From: a virus
Length of the DNA: 44,120 nt
IMG/VR virus record: IMGVR_UViG_3300025706_000009
Strand: one strand, 5' to 3'
The translations under genes and the position numbers were made by a program. Every line of letters starts with the position of its first letter. Within the stretch, counting starts at the first letter, position 1. Below the pieces are notes generated by a model, which saw only the letters and a list, made by a program, of their open reading frames with translations, was not told the origin of the DNA and made no database searches. This document shows, one piece after another, positions 25,651-34,572 of the stretch.

Positions 25651-27978
25651 TTACTTTTCACCACCTGTTTTCTGTGACAGGTCAGATACAGGCTCCATCT
25701 CCTCGAATAACGTACCCTGGTTGAGATCGGACTTCGCCTTTCTGAGATTGCGACATGATTCGTTGAAGTATGCCTCTTTCAATTCGATGCCTATAAACAT
25801 CCTGTTCAGTTGCAATGAAACGTAACCCTCTGACCCGATTCCAGCGAACGGAGAGAAGACAACATCCCCAGGATTGCTCCACAGGTTAAGGCACCTTTCG
25901 ATGGTGTCAAGTTGCAGCGGGCAGATATGGCGCTCGTCCTGGTGCTCCCGTGCGGCTCGTTCATTTAATGTGCGCGTTTGCCGAATATCAAACCATACCG
26001 GGCTGGCGTATCTTTGCCATACTTCATGGCTGTATTTATTCACCCTGGCATCATCTGACTTCTCGGCGGTAGGCTCTGGTCGCTCTCCCACATAGTATTC
26101 AAATCCTCTTCCGTGCGAAATGGGCTCATAATTATCACCGGGCTTTCTCATCGTTACCACATAGTCAGGAAAACCATTCCCGCACCTTGATGAATCCTTG
26201 CTGATCTGCTTGTGGGCCAACGTCAAGACCTTTGTTCTGACGGCCTGAAGAAGAGGGTCTTTCCAGATACAAACCTCGGAATGGTATATGAAACCATGCT
26301 TTTCAAACATCCTGATTATATCCCCCCTGAAGTCTCGCATGCCGATCACTCCATCCCTTGATATGGTCATTGGCAGGTTCATGCAGTGGATGGATACAAG
26401 TCTTCCTGGCATAAGAACCCGCTTGATTTCACCGATCAGGTAATCAAAGTGGGCGGCAAACTCTTTATCATTCTTGCAATTTCCCATGTCGCGGTGACTG
26501 CTGGTGTAAGTGAACAGTTGGGCAAAAGGAGGGCTGAATATTGAATACCCAACAGAATCATCATGTATCGTTTTAGTGACTTCTACGCAATCCCCTAGAT
26601 ACATGGTCCACCCATCACCATGCTCGGTGTGCTCGCGGTAGACATCCCTAAATCTATGAACGCTTTTCATTTCCTCGGCCGTAACGGTTGCCATGTGCTG
26701 CACCATATTCATGCTCATTTCCTCAGCAGCCTTCTCCTTACGGCGAAGGTTTGATATTACACACCCGTCCAGCTCCGATTCGATGACGTGGACATTCACT
26801 GTGTTCGGCTGGCCGAATCTCCAGCATCGACGAACAGCCTGGTAATACTGCTCGTAAGAATCTGACAGGCCAACGAAGATCATATTGTGGCAGTTCTGCC
26901 AGTTCATGCCGTACCCGGATATTGATGGCTTGGTTACGAGAACCCGTATATCTCCATTGGCAAAACCGATCATGGACGCCTCTTTATGTTCGGGGGCATC
27001 GCTACCCTTGATCTGTACCGAATCGGGAAGACGCTTTGCCAGGGCGTCATTCTCCGCGTTCAGTTCGCACCATACGAGCCATTGCTCATCGCTCCCGTTG
27101 ATCGTATTGGCTATTTCCTCTACTCGCTGCTCAAGCGTAGACTTACGGGCGGCTCTGCGCTCGGAAAGTGTCAGTTTCTCCACGGCGAACAAATGCCCAA
27201 CCTGTGATGCGTCGGCTTCTATGGTGTGTTCATGTACTTCCAATGAGGGCAGCACGAACCCGTCATCAGAATAGCCAAGGTCCGACGGTTTCTTGAGCAT
27301 AACAGCCCATTGGCTCATCCATTCCCAGAACCGTTCTTGGGCATGGCCCTTGAGCCTCCATGTTCCGGTGTCACTCGCATCATTCACAAAGAACATGGCG
27401 AGCATTTCTGCACGGGTCATGGCCCCAAGGAATTCAGCATGGTTGCCGAGCTCAATGTAGTCGTTCGGGGCTGGCGTGGCAGTACATGCCAGTTTGAATT
27501 GAGTACCCGTGAATGATTCTATGATCTGCGTTCGGACCTTCCCGGTATATGATTTCAGGATGCTCGATTCATCGAGAACGATACCAGAAAAAACCGACGT
27601 GTCAAACTTGTGCAGCATCTCATAATTGGTAATATTAATGCCGTTAATGATATCTGTGTTCTCCCTCGCGAGAGAAACGACTATCCCAAACTTCTTGCCC
27701 TCCCTGATGGTCTGTCTTGAAACCGCCAGCGGAGCCAATATCAAGATAGGCTTATCGGTTCTTGTATGAACATGCCGCGCCCATTCAAGCTGTATCGGTG
27801 TTTTGCCAAGGCCGCAGTCTGCAAATACCGCGAGCCTGCCGCGACGCAATGCATACCGCACAATGTCTTTCTGAAACCCGAACAGCATAGGGTTCATTTC
27901 ATCCAGCGGAATGTCAAATCCCATTGGCTGAATATTAAACTGCTTATCCTCTAAAAACTTCTGATAGTCCGTGCTCAT
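25651..27978 (-). CDS. SNF2-family helicase fused to an N6/N4 DNA methyltransferase (775 aa)
   Basis: Helicase motifs ADCGLGKT, VLDESS, CTATPAPN, QAVRRCWRFGQ. The C-terminal MTase has SPPF (motif IV) before FSPFAGIGSEG (motif I), the beta-class order of N6_N4_Mtase. Low-GC DNA. Confidence 0.85.
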   Translation of the reverse strand: MSTDYQKFLEDKQFNIQPMGFDIPLDEMNPMLFGFQKDIVRYALRRGRLAVFADCGLGKTPIQLEWARHVHTRTDKPILILAPLAVSRQTIREGKKFGIVVSLARENTDIINGINITNYEMLHKFDTSVFSGIVLDESSILKSYTGKVRTQIIESFTGTQFKLACTATPAPNDYIELGNHAEFLGAMTRAEMLAMFFVNDASDTGTWRLKGHAQERFWEWMSQWAVMLKKPSDLGYSDDGFVLPSLEVHEHTIEADASQVGHLFAVEKLTLSERRAARKSTLEQRVEEIANTINGSDEQWLVWCELNAENDALAKRLPDSVQIKGSDAPEHKEASMIGFANGDIRVLVTKPSISGYGMNWQNCHNMIFVGLSDSYEQYYQAVRRCWRFGQPNTVNVHVIESELDGCVISNLRRKEKAAEEMSMNMVQHMATVTAEEMKSVHRFRDVYREHTEHGDGWTMYLGDCVEVTKTIHDDSVGYSIFSPPFAQLFTYTSSHRDMGNCKNDKEFAAHFDYLIGEIKRVLMPGRLVSIHCMNLPMTISRDGVIGMRDFRGDIIRMFEKHGFIYHSEVCIWKDPLLQAVRTKVLTLAHKQISKDSSRCGNGFPDYVVTMRKPGDNYEPISHGRGFEYYVGERPEPTAEKSDDARVNKYSHEVWQRYASPVWFDIRQTRTLNERAAREHQDERHICPLQLDTIERCLNLWSNPGDVVFSPFAGIGSEGYVSLQLNRMFIGIELKEAYFNESCRNLRKAKSDLNQGTLFEEMEPVSDLSQKTGGEK

Positions 27979-28321
27979 AGTCGTACATCTCCTCCATTGA
28001 ATAGAATACCGGGATGTTCAATTCTTTTGCCCTTGCAATTTCATTCTGTACGCCTCGGCTTGTCTCGATCCTGTCCGGTATAACCAGAACACAATCTGAA
28101 ACATCGAGCCATTGCAAAGAATAATCGTGGAACATGGAGACAGTCAACGACTTCCTTTCCTCATCTGTCATATGAAGAACATATTGATGATCTAGCCATG
28201 GGCAGAATGGGGCATGTCCCATGAGAAACAGGCTTTTGCATAACTGGATACCCCTAGCGATATTTCCAAGAACTCCGAGCACATTATCATCGGAGTATTT
28301 ACCAGCAACATATACCTTCAT
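27944..28321 (-). CDS. DUF4406 / nucleoside 2-deoxyribosyltransferase-like protein (125 aa)
   Basis: The pattern MKVYVAGKYS...N...A..L...GHAPFCPW...CVLVIPD...SRGVQNEIARAKELNIPVF matches that family as I recall it. RBS GGGAGGAGGGA. Confidence 0.6.
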   Translation of the reverse strand: MKVYVAGKYSDDNVLGVLGNIARGIQLCKSLFLMGHAPFCPWLDHQYVLHMTDEERKSLTVSMFHDYSLQWLDVSDCVLVIPDRIETSRGVQNEIARAKELNIPVFYSMEEMYDYEHGLSEVFRG

Positions 28322-28379
28322 CCCTCCTCCCTTCTCATTTTTACAACCTCTTCCCTCTTCCTCCTGATATATTCTAGGC

Positions 28380-29546
28380 TCATTTCTCCTCCATCCTTTT
28401 CATTGGCACGACTTCGCCTTTTTTCCTCTCCCGTATCTCCCTGACAACCTCGTAGGCGTCCGTGTTCTCAACCTGGCAGTAGCGGTCGAACGCCTTGTTG
28501 GTAAGCCCTGACGCCTTCAATGCCCGGTCTGCCCCTAGCATTTTGGCCGTTTCCGTGGCCGTGGTGTGCTTGGTGCCGGGGTAGAGTGGGACGCCTGAGA
28601 TGCCTAGCGCCTTACACGCCTTGTTCCACCAGTCGGACAGGTGACGGGGGCCGAAGACGAGGTTGCGCCTGACGGTTCCACGGACCTTGCCGTGATGCCG
28701 AAAGAATGGCATGTCAGGCATGGCGGGATACTCTCTCTGTAATCCTTTCCAGGCGGCCACATGATCTTGATGTAGGTGGATATGCTTGAATCTGTTTTTA
28801 AGTTTAGTGGGATTACATAAGTGTATCCACTCCCCATCGAAATCTCCTTCCCTTATCCTTCTCAGGTCATCGGGCCTCAGTGCCGTGTAGGTTGCAAGCA
28901 TGTCGCAGCCAAGCCACACCTTCGGCGGGGCGATCTCCTTGAGCTTATTCAGCACCTTCTCCTGTAACTCCCATGTCAGGATCTTGCGGTATCCCAACTC
29001 GTACTTGATGTCAGGGAACGCCGGAAACTCTGCCAGGGTGATCACATCCCCCCTGGACAGGCACCACCGCCAGAAGTTCCGAAGCTGCGCCATGTGGTTG
29101 TGGCGGGTCTTCTGGGATATGCCGGGTATGCCCCTGAGATAGTCGGCTATCATCCCACCCGTGATGTCCCGCAGGTTGATTCTGCCGAAGTGGGCAGATG
29201 CCGCATTGATCATGAATGACACCTTGCCGATGGATCGTAGCCCGTCCTGCCGCTTGACCTCCAGGTACTTCGGTGCAAGGGCGGCGAATGAGTTTGGGCG
29301 CAGACTCCGATAATCGTCAGGGTTGAAGTCCCGCCCACGCTCGGCCTTCTCATGCCTGAGATGGTTAAGCTCCTGCTCGGCCTCGGTCAGATTAACGAAT
29401 GTCTTGTAGATGCCCCCCGGAAACTTCACTATATACGTCCTGGCGCGATTCGTTGGGTGGTCCGGGCAGGAACACCACCTACCGTTGTACCTCATCACCT
29501 TGCCGCAAATAGAGCACTTTTCTCTGGTATATATCCCCCCATCCAT
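28380..29546 (-). CDS. Tyrosine-recombinase (phage integrase)-like protein with an N-terminal Cys4 zinc ribbon (388 aa)
   Basis: Strong RBS GGGGAGGAGGTGtagtc precedes ATG 29546; the track start 29612 has none. It has ALRPDDLRRI (Arg I), KLKNRFKHIHL, ...GTKHTTATE... and ...FDRYCQ (Tyr). Several catalytic positions look substituted (see findings). Confidence 0.65.
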   Translation of the reverse strand: MDGGIYTREKCSICGKVMRYNGRWCSCPDHPTNRARTYIVKFPGGIYKTFVNLTEAEQELNHLRHEKAERGRDFNPDDYRSLRPNSFAALAPKYLEVKRQDGLRSIGKVSFMINAASAHFGRINLRDITGGMIADYLRGIPGISQKTRHNHMAQLRNFWRWCLSRGDVITLAEFPAFPDIKYELGYRKILTWELQEKVLNKLKEIAPPKVWLGCDMLATYTALRPDDLRRIREGDFDGEWIHLCNPTKLKNRFKHIHLHQDHVAAWKGLQREYPAMPDMPFFRHHGKVRGTVRRNLVFGPRHLSDWWNKACKALGISGVPLYPGTKHTTATETAKMLGADRALKASGLTNKAFDRYCQVENTDAYEVVREIRERKKGEVVPMKRMEEK

Positions 29547-29608
29547 GACTACACCTCCTCCCCGAACTCGGGGCCTGGAAGTGTACTCCATCTGGGCGGG
29601 GGTTGTCA

Positions 29609-30448
29609 TCATATCTCGCTAAGTCCTGTTAATATCAGGCTGTTCTTCTCGTCCTCGACATCGAAGAGCCTCATCTGGTTGTCGGTGAAGTCTACATCCG
29701 CAAGGGGAATGCAGGAAAAATGTAGATACGCCTTACGTTTCTGGCGCGTGTCTCTCCTTATCGCATCATCTACTAGACAAGCATCACTAAATTCCTCAAG
29801 GGTGAGCAGTCTCCAATCGTGGTCCGTATGGTAGGGGCATCCAATACAGGATGATTTCGGCGGGACATGGTTGGGGAAGTTTCTGTCTATCCACTGGATG
29901 CACTGCTGTCGGTTCATCTGTATCCATTCGATGAGGGGAAATCTCATGTTGGACATACGATCAGGGCGATATGTTTTGGTCCTTCTCAGTTCGTCCATAG
30001 AAATTCCAATCCACTGTTCAACGGCCCCCTGTGGCGCTCTCTGGCCCTTGTGAAGACCGAGGAGTTCGCGCAATTTTCTTTTTATGGGTTGAATCTTGAA
30101 ATCATAGGTGCATTCCCGTCTACCAATGGATTTTCCATTACATCCTACGGAATGAGTTGGCATTTTGACGAACCCATAACTATCTATCGCGCTCTCCCTG
30201 AGATTCATCCCGTTTTTTGTTCCCTCCACCCGCACAATCGGTGTCCCATGCTCCTTCCCCATCTGCTCCAGCCATTCAAGGTGCTGGTACGTCTTCATGG
30301 TTTCCCATCCCGTATCTGCAAAGATTGCAAGGTGGGGCTTGGGGAGAAGTCCCTTTATGGACATGAGAAAAATAGCGGTAGACTGCACACCAGCACCGAG
30401 AGAAAGAATGCGGAGCTTGTATAACTCTGTGGCGGCGGGGGTTGTCAT
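29609..30448 (-). CDS. PAPS reductase / PP-loop ATP-pyrophosphatase family protein, DndC/IbrA-like (279 aa)
   Basis: N-terminal LSLGAGVQSTAIFLM is a PP-loop-like motif, with ADTGWE following. The C-terminus has CIGCPYH. The size is typical of phage PAPS-reductase-like proteins. Confidence 0.7.
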   Translation of the reverse strand: MTTPAATELYKLRILSLGAGVQSTAIFLMSIKGLLPKPHLAIFADTGWETMKTYQHLEWLEQMGKEHGTPIVRVEGTKNGMNLRESAIDSYGFVKMPTHSVGCNGKSIGRRECTYDFKIQPIKRKLRELLGLHKGQRAPQGAVEQWIGISMDELRRTKTYRPDRMSNMRFPLIEWIQMNRQQCIQWIDRNFPNHVPPKSSCIGCPYHTDHDWRLLTLEEFSDACLVDDAIRRDTRQKRKAYLHFSCIPLADVDFTDNQMRLFDVEDEKNSLILTGLSEI

Positions 30449-31042
30449 CTACTTCGTCACCTCGGCTATGAGGTCGGCGAGGATGCTCCCTAAGTCAACA
30501 TGGTCTATTGGCATTGGTATCTTTATGACCATGTTCTCTGATATTATCTTCAGTATCTTGTCCCGGTACTTTCCGACGACATCAGCATCCTTCGGCTTAC
30601 ACTCCTCATTCGCGCAATTCCCGTCCTCGTCCAGCGGCCAGCCGCAGGAGGGGCAGGACTGCGGGTCGGTGTCCGGGCAACCGTCCCACTCGTCATCGGG
30701 TATCGCCTTCTTCTCCTTGCCACACTCACAGCAGCGTTCGTATGGCCCCTCCCATTCGCCCTTGGCGTTTATGGTGTAAGAGCGGTCGAACCATGTGTCA
30801 GTCTCATGGTCACATGTGCAGTAGTCGGGCTCGTCCGGTATCTCCTTAATCGCCTTCTCGTATGCCTGCCGGTCCCGCTCATCTGCCCACGCTGTCACCA
30901 TGTCCACGGCCTCCTTGTAGTCCTTGACCGTGCGCTCAAGGGCGGCGAGGCGGTAGGCGAGTGCTAGGATGGCACGATACCCCAGGTGCACACAGTATCC
31001 ACCTTGATCCAGTATCTTCAACTCATCAATCGGATCGCTCAT
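30449..31042 (-). CDS. Cys-rich hypothetical protein, multiple zinc-ribbon-like CxxC pairs (197 aa)
   Basis: Contains CTCDHETD, CCECGKEKK and CPSCGWPLDEDGNCANEEC. The ATG overlaps the upstream stop. Confidence 0.6.
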   Translation of the reverse strand: MSDPIDELKILDQGGYCVHLGYRAILALAYRLAALERTVKDYKEAVDMVTAWADERDRQAYEKAIKEIPDEPDYCTCDHETDTWFDRSYTINAKGEWEGPYERCCECGKEKKAIPDDEWDGCPDTDPQSCPSCGWPLDEDGNCANEECKPKDADVVGKYRDKILKIISENMVIKIPMPIDHVDLGSILADLIAEVTK

Positions 31043-31353
31043 CGCGCCACCCCCATGAGCCGCAGGAGGGCTGCCTCGGCTTCGGCTATCTCTTCAGTCA
31101 GTCCATGCCGTCTGAAAGACTTGCATTGTGTTTTCACAAGCCGCTTCACCTTCTCCACCGCCTTCCTCGCCTCCTCCGGGTCCGGCCTCGGGATGTACTG
31201 CTCCTCCATGACCATGAGCAAATCCTTGTACTTCTGCTCAAGGTCTTGATAATCGGCCAGCTTGACGTACTCGCCGTCGTCTTCCTCTTCCATCCATGAT
31301 TGCGCATCCCCGTCACAGGTTTCACAATATGCATAATGATTATACCGCTTCAT
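31039..31353 (-). CDS. Hypothetical protein (104 aa)
   Basis: ATG 31353 follows aAAGGAGtagag; the track start 31368 is a TTG. CETCDG motif, acidic. Confidence 0.55.
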   Translation of the reverse strand: MKRYNHYAYCETCDGDAQSWMEEEDDGEYVKLADYQDLEQKYKDLLMVMEEQYIPRPDPEEARKAVEKVKRLVKTQCKSFRRHGLTEEIAEAEAALLRLMGVAR

Positions 31354-31371
31354 CTCTACTCCTTTCAAAAT

Positions 31372-31395
31372 CCGGGGCCTGTGGTAGCGCCCCGG
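31372..31395 (-). terminator. Stem-loop after the annealing-protein gene (possible attenuator)
   Basis: On the minus strand, ccgggg-N12-ccccgg is followed by attttg. 6-bp GC stem. Confidence 0.3.
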
Positions 31396-31407
31396 TGGAG
31401 GGGTCTA

Positions 31408-32463
31408 CTATCCGAGCTTGTCAACTTCCGTGTTGATCCACTTCCGGGCCTCTTCCATCTTGTCCGCTGGCAGGTCAACGATGTTCTCGATGTCGAAGGC
31501 TCGCTTGAATGCGGCCACTGACAGTTGGAATTCAGACAGGCTCTTGTCGATCTCCTGTGCATCGGCCTCGGTGATCTTGCCCTTCCCGTTGCCGTTGGTC
31601 TTCGGGGGCTCCTCGGTGGTTTCGGTCTTCCTGGTGCGGGTCTTGGGCTTGTCCTCTTTCTGGTCCGTTTCGATTGGCGGGAAGGCATCGTCTGCCGAGA
31701 CATCGCCGTTCTGGATCTGCTGGCACAGGTTTCTGATGGTCTGGACATCCTGGGCGGTGAAATCATTCAGGGCTTTCCCGATGACGGACCTCACCCTGTC
31801 CTCGGTGATGCCGTACCCGGACAGGAACCCCATGGCCTTGTCCCTCGACTTGACGATACCGTCCCTGCTGATATGGTTCAGGGCTGCCTGCTTTGCTACC
31901 TCGATGGCCTCATTCCTGAGCCACTGAGGGACACCGTTGAACACCACGTTCCTGATGGCCTGACTCTGCCCCTTCTGGAACGCCACATCTTCCCACCTGT
32001 CCTGCTCGAAATTGCCGGGAGCACTCTTGGGCTTCGTCTTCTTGAATGACCTTGTGACCGTGAATCCCGTTTCAAGGTCCACAAATGACGGCGTGAATAT
32101 CCAGTACCCGGGGTGCTCCTCGACCTCCATGGTGATCACGCAATTCGTCCAGTTCCGGGCGATGGACAGGGCGCACCCGATGGTTCCACCTTCCACGTTC
32201 TTTGTCTTCCCGGTCCTCTTGTCCTTCACGGGCCAGCGGTAATAGAAGTTGTCGGCCGCATACTCCGCTTCCTTCTTCACGGCCTTGACCACATCATCCA
32301 GATCCCGGGCCTTCTGTACCCGGACAGCCGTATGGTATCCGGCCTTTGACTGCACCATGGCGCGGCCCCCTGCGATCAGGTCCATAGCCGTGTCTGCAGG
32401 TGCTCCCGTGAATACCTTTGCCTCGTTGAAATCAACCATCTCACCTTGTTTTGCTGCTTCCAT
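31408..32463 (-). CDS. Putative single-strand annealing/recombination protein (351 aa)
   Basis: Lies immediately downstream of the Cas4-like exonuclease gene, the classic exo + SSAP pairing. Contains a KGQSQAIRNVVFNGVP segment and a charged C-terminal tail. The family was not identified by eye. Confidence 0.4.
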   Translation of the reverse strand: MEAAKQGEMVDFNEAKVFTGAPADTAMDLIAGGRAMVQSKAGYHTAVRVQKARDLDDVVKAVKKEAEYAADNFYYRWPVKDKRTGKTKNVEGGTIGCALSIARNWTNCVITMEVEEHPGYWIFTPSFVDLETGFTVTRSFKKTKPKSAPGNFEQDRWEDVAFQKGQSQAIRNVVFNGVPQWLRNEAIEVAKQAALNHISRDGIVKSRDKAMGFLSGYGITEDRVRSVIGKALNDFTAQDVQTIRNLCQQIQNGDVSADDAFPPIETDQKEDKPKTRTRKTETTEEPPKTNGNGKGKITEADAQEIDKSLSEFQLSVAAFKRAFDIENIVDLPADKMEEARKWINTEVDKLG

Positions 32464-32476
32464 ATTGATTCCCTCC

Positions 32477-33268
32477 TTATGCGGCTATTTTCGATTTGTA
32501 GGGGCAGGTCTGATAGTACCCGCACCATAATTTCGAGCACAAAAAGTGACCAGGATCGGCCGGCCTGAAGATGCCAGCATTCAGGTCACGGAGGAACGCC
32601 TCAAGGTAGAGCCTCCACCGTGCCATCGATGCCTTGTCCCTGGTGGTCGGTATCGGGCTGTAGTTCGTCTTTGTCTTGAGCGGGATGATCTCATCATAAA
32701 CAAACTCGTCAGGGTAGAACCCGAAGTGCGCCCGATAGAGCTCATAGTAGAATGACGGCTGGATGTCTGTGGCGGCTGCCTCGCTGTTCGATGCCTTCCC
32801 CCGGATCTTCAGGTCACGGATTCGCCTGTCTTCTGCCAGGTCGATAGTTCCTGCTATGGGCAGATCAAGGCCGATGTATGCCTGTACCATAAGCTCCGAT
32901 GCAACCGGCTTGATGATCGGGGCCACATCGGAATGATACTTCTCCATGGCGGTCACGGCCTGGTTGAGATTATCGTTCAGGATGGCGTTCTTCTCGCTCA
33001 GTTGAGCCTGGGGGATGAATACGCCTTCCTCCTTGACCAATCTCACGAACTCATCCCTGACTGCATCCTGCAGCGAATCAAGGGGCATTATCTGACCATC
33101 ATGCTCGATCATGTTCCTGGCGTTCAGGTCCGCGCCCTTGTGCCCCGCCGATCCTCTCCGGGCTGCGACGCCAGGGGGGATGATGTCACCAAGAAGATAC
33201 CGGCGCTCGAACTGCACCCCGCACCTGAGCCATGTATTTATCATTGACTGATGGATTGATCTGATCAT
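32477..33268 (-). CDS. PD-(D/E)XK exonuclease, Cas4/RecB-like with a Cys cluster (263 aa)
   Basis: GTIDL...IRDLKIRGK supplies the D...D-x-K core. An N-terminal Cys (WLRCG) plus C-terminal CSKLWCGYYQTC give the 4-Cys pattern of Cas4-like nucleases. ATG 33268 overlaps the upstream stop. Confidence 0.7.
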   Translation of the reverse strand: MIRSIHQSMINTWLRCGVQFERRYLLGDIIPPGVAARRGSAGHKGADLNARNMIEHDGQIMPLDSLQDAVRDEFVRLVKEEGVFIPQAQLSEKNAILNDNLNQAVTAMEKYHSDVAPIIKPVASELMVQAYIGLDLPIAGTIDLAEDRRIRDLKIRGKASNSEAAATDIQPSFYYELYRAHFGFYPDEFVYDEIIPLKTKTNYSPIPTTRDKASMARWRLYLEAFLRDLNAGIFRPADPGHFLCSKLWCGYYQTCPYKSKIAA

Positions 33269-33462
33269 CCCTGCAACCCCCTGTACGCCCTCCATAGGCA
33301 CTCTATCTTTGCCTCGACCTTGGGCAGATCACCGGCCTCGCATATCTCCTTGTACCGTTGGGCGGCGGCTATCTCGCTGCGGATAGCGGCCCGTGCCTTG
33401 GCAGGGTTCAGCTTCGATGGGGCCTTGGGGAGAGGGCGGGTGCTATCATAGATCACTTGCAC
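33265..33462 (-). CDS. Small hypothetical protein (65 aa)
   Basis: GTG start preceded by GGGGAGGG. Translationally coupled on both sides. Confidence 0.45.
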   Translation of the reverse strand: MQVIYDSTRPLPKAPSKLNPAKARAAIRSEIAAAQRYKEICEAGDLPKVEAKIECLWRAYRGLQG

Positions 33463-33608
33463 ACCCTCCCCACCATAAGCTCGGCCTGCGCCTGCTTGTA
33501 CCCCGCCTGTTCCCCGTGCCGGTATGCTGCGTAGGAGCAGACACCGAGGGCCACGGTCACGGCCAGGACCAGGGCGATGATGTCAACGGCGAGAGAGAGT
33601 CTATTCAT
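33453..33608 (-). CDS. Small membrane protein (51 aa)
   Basis: ATG 33608 follows GGTGGAGGaatcca. MNRLSLAVDIIALVLAVTVALGVCSYAAY has one TM segment. Confidence 0.5.
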   Translation of the reverse strand: MNRLSLAVDIIALVLAVTVALGVCSYAAYRHGEQAGYKQAQAELMVGRVCK

Positions 33609-33786
33609 TGGATTCCTCCACCTTGGGCCATTCCTGGAACTCGCCGCAGAAATCTGTTGGCCTAACCGCCGGCCACCAGTCGTGAGGAACTTCGTCCGGG
33701 GCCCGGAACGATGGCGGGTATCTATGGCATGACATACTCTCCACATGGAAGAACCGGCACTTCTCGCATGTCATTGGTCCGTTCAT
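33601..33786 (-). CDS. Small Cys-containing hypothetical protein (61 aa)
   Basis: ATGA overlap with the upstream gene. Contains CEKCRFF...CHRYP...FCGEF. Confidence 0.5.
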   Translation of the reverse strand: MNGPMTCEKCRFFHVESMSCHRYPPSFRAPDEVPHDWWPAVRPTDFCGEFQEWPKVEESNE

Positions 33787-34022
33787 GCTGATACCTCCGG
33801 CATCCTCTCAATGTACTTCGAGGGATTCAACTTCTGATCGAGATTCGTGAATGCCACTTCCCATGTGGGACCCTCAAAGTGGCCGACTTTGCCGATGTAT
33901 AGGACGCATTTGGTTTCGACACGCTCACTGGATAGGGTGAATCGCTGGTACTCAACGGCATGACAATCGCCCACTTGCGCGGCTATGGCCGCCAACTTCT
34001 TCTCTGCCTGTCTGAATGTCAT
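33783..34022 (-). CDS. Hypothetical protein (79 aa)
   Basis: ATG 34022 follows GAGGAGGGatgag. The longer track ORF to 34082 overlaps the upstream gene. Confidence 0.5.
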   Translation of the reverse strand: MTFRQAEKKLAAIAAQVGDCHAVEYQRFTLSSERVETKCVLYIGKVGHFEGPTWEVAFTNLDQKLNPSKYIERMPEVSA

Positions 34023-34023
34023 C

Positions 34024-34191
34024 TCATCCCTCCTCATCCATTTCTGTCTGGATCTTGATTGCCTCGTCCTGAAATCCCTCACACCTGTCCTCCATGTGGC
34101 AGGGGCAACTTATCTCTGTGCCATCGCACCCCTCGCACAAGGACTCACGGGCGCACTGGCGGGCCTCGTCTGATGTGTCACGGTAGGTCAT
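34024..34191 (-). CDS. Small Cys-rich acidic protein (55 aa)
   Basis: ATG 34191 forms an ATGA overlap with the upstream stop and follows GGAGGGcggt. Contains CEGCDGTEISCPCH...CEGF. Confidence 0.45.
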   Translation of the reverse strand: MTYRDTSDEARQCARESLCEGCDGTEISCPCHMEDRCEGFQDEAIKIQTEMDEEG

Positions 34192-34550
34192 ACCGCCCTC
34201 CTGTCGATGCACGGGCGGGTGCAGACCTGTCGTGCGTACTTCACCATGTCGAACTTCGGATAGTGGTCAACGTCCTCCACCCTCTGCCGTGCGCCTTCCT
34301 CCAGGGCCGTCCTGACGAGGTCCTGCAGAACCATTGCGAACTGCTGGTCCTTGTCGTACCGGTCGAAAATGAAGTCATCGAATCCCGTGTCCAGCTCCAC
34401 GCCGTCCCGGTTGTAATACTGCCGTGTCAGGTGGATTTCCTCGATGTCGATGAGCATGCCGGTTCCGGTTTCCCGTTCCGGCGGTTCGACATAGACATGA
34501 ACTTCGAGGTCAAGCTCTCCGTAACGGATTGTGACTTTGTGGTTTGACAT
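34188..34550 (-). CDS. Hypothetical protein (120 aa)
   Basis: ATG 34550 follows agAAGGAGGcccc. The 100-codon upstream extension in the track overlaps the neighbouring gene. Confidence 0.55.
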   Translation of the reverse strand: MSNHKVTIRYGELDLEVHVYVEPPERETGTGMLIDIEEIHLTRQYYNRDGVELDTGFDDFIFDRYDKDQQFAMVLQDLVRTALEEGARQRVEDVDHYPKFDMVKYARQVCTRPCIDRRAV

Positions 34551-34572
34551 GGGGCCTCCTTCTCTTGGGGTG

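Noticed and set aside
29547-29612. Integrase start at 29612 (MMTTPAQ...)
   Set aside because: No SD precedes it, and the sequence is part of the 16-bp duplicated boundary. ATG 29546 has a very strong GGGGAGGAGGTG SD.
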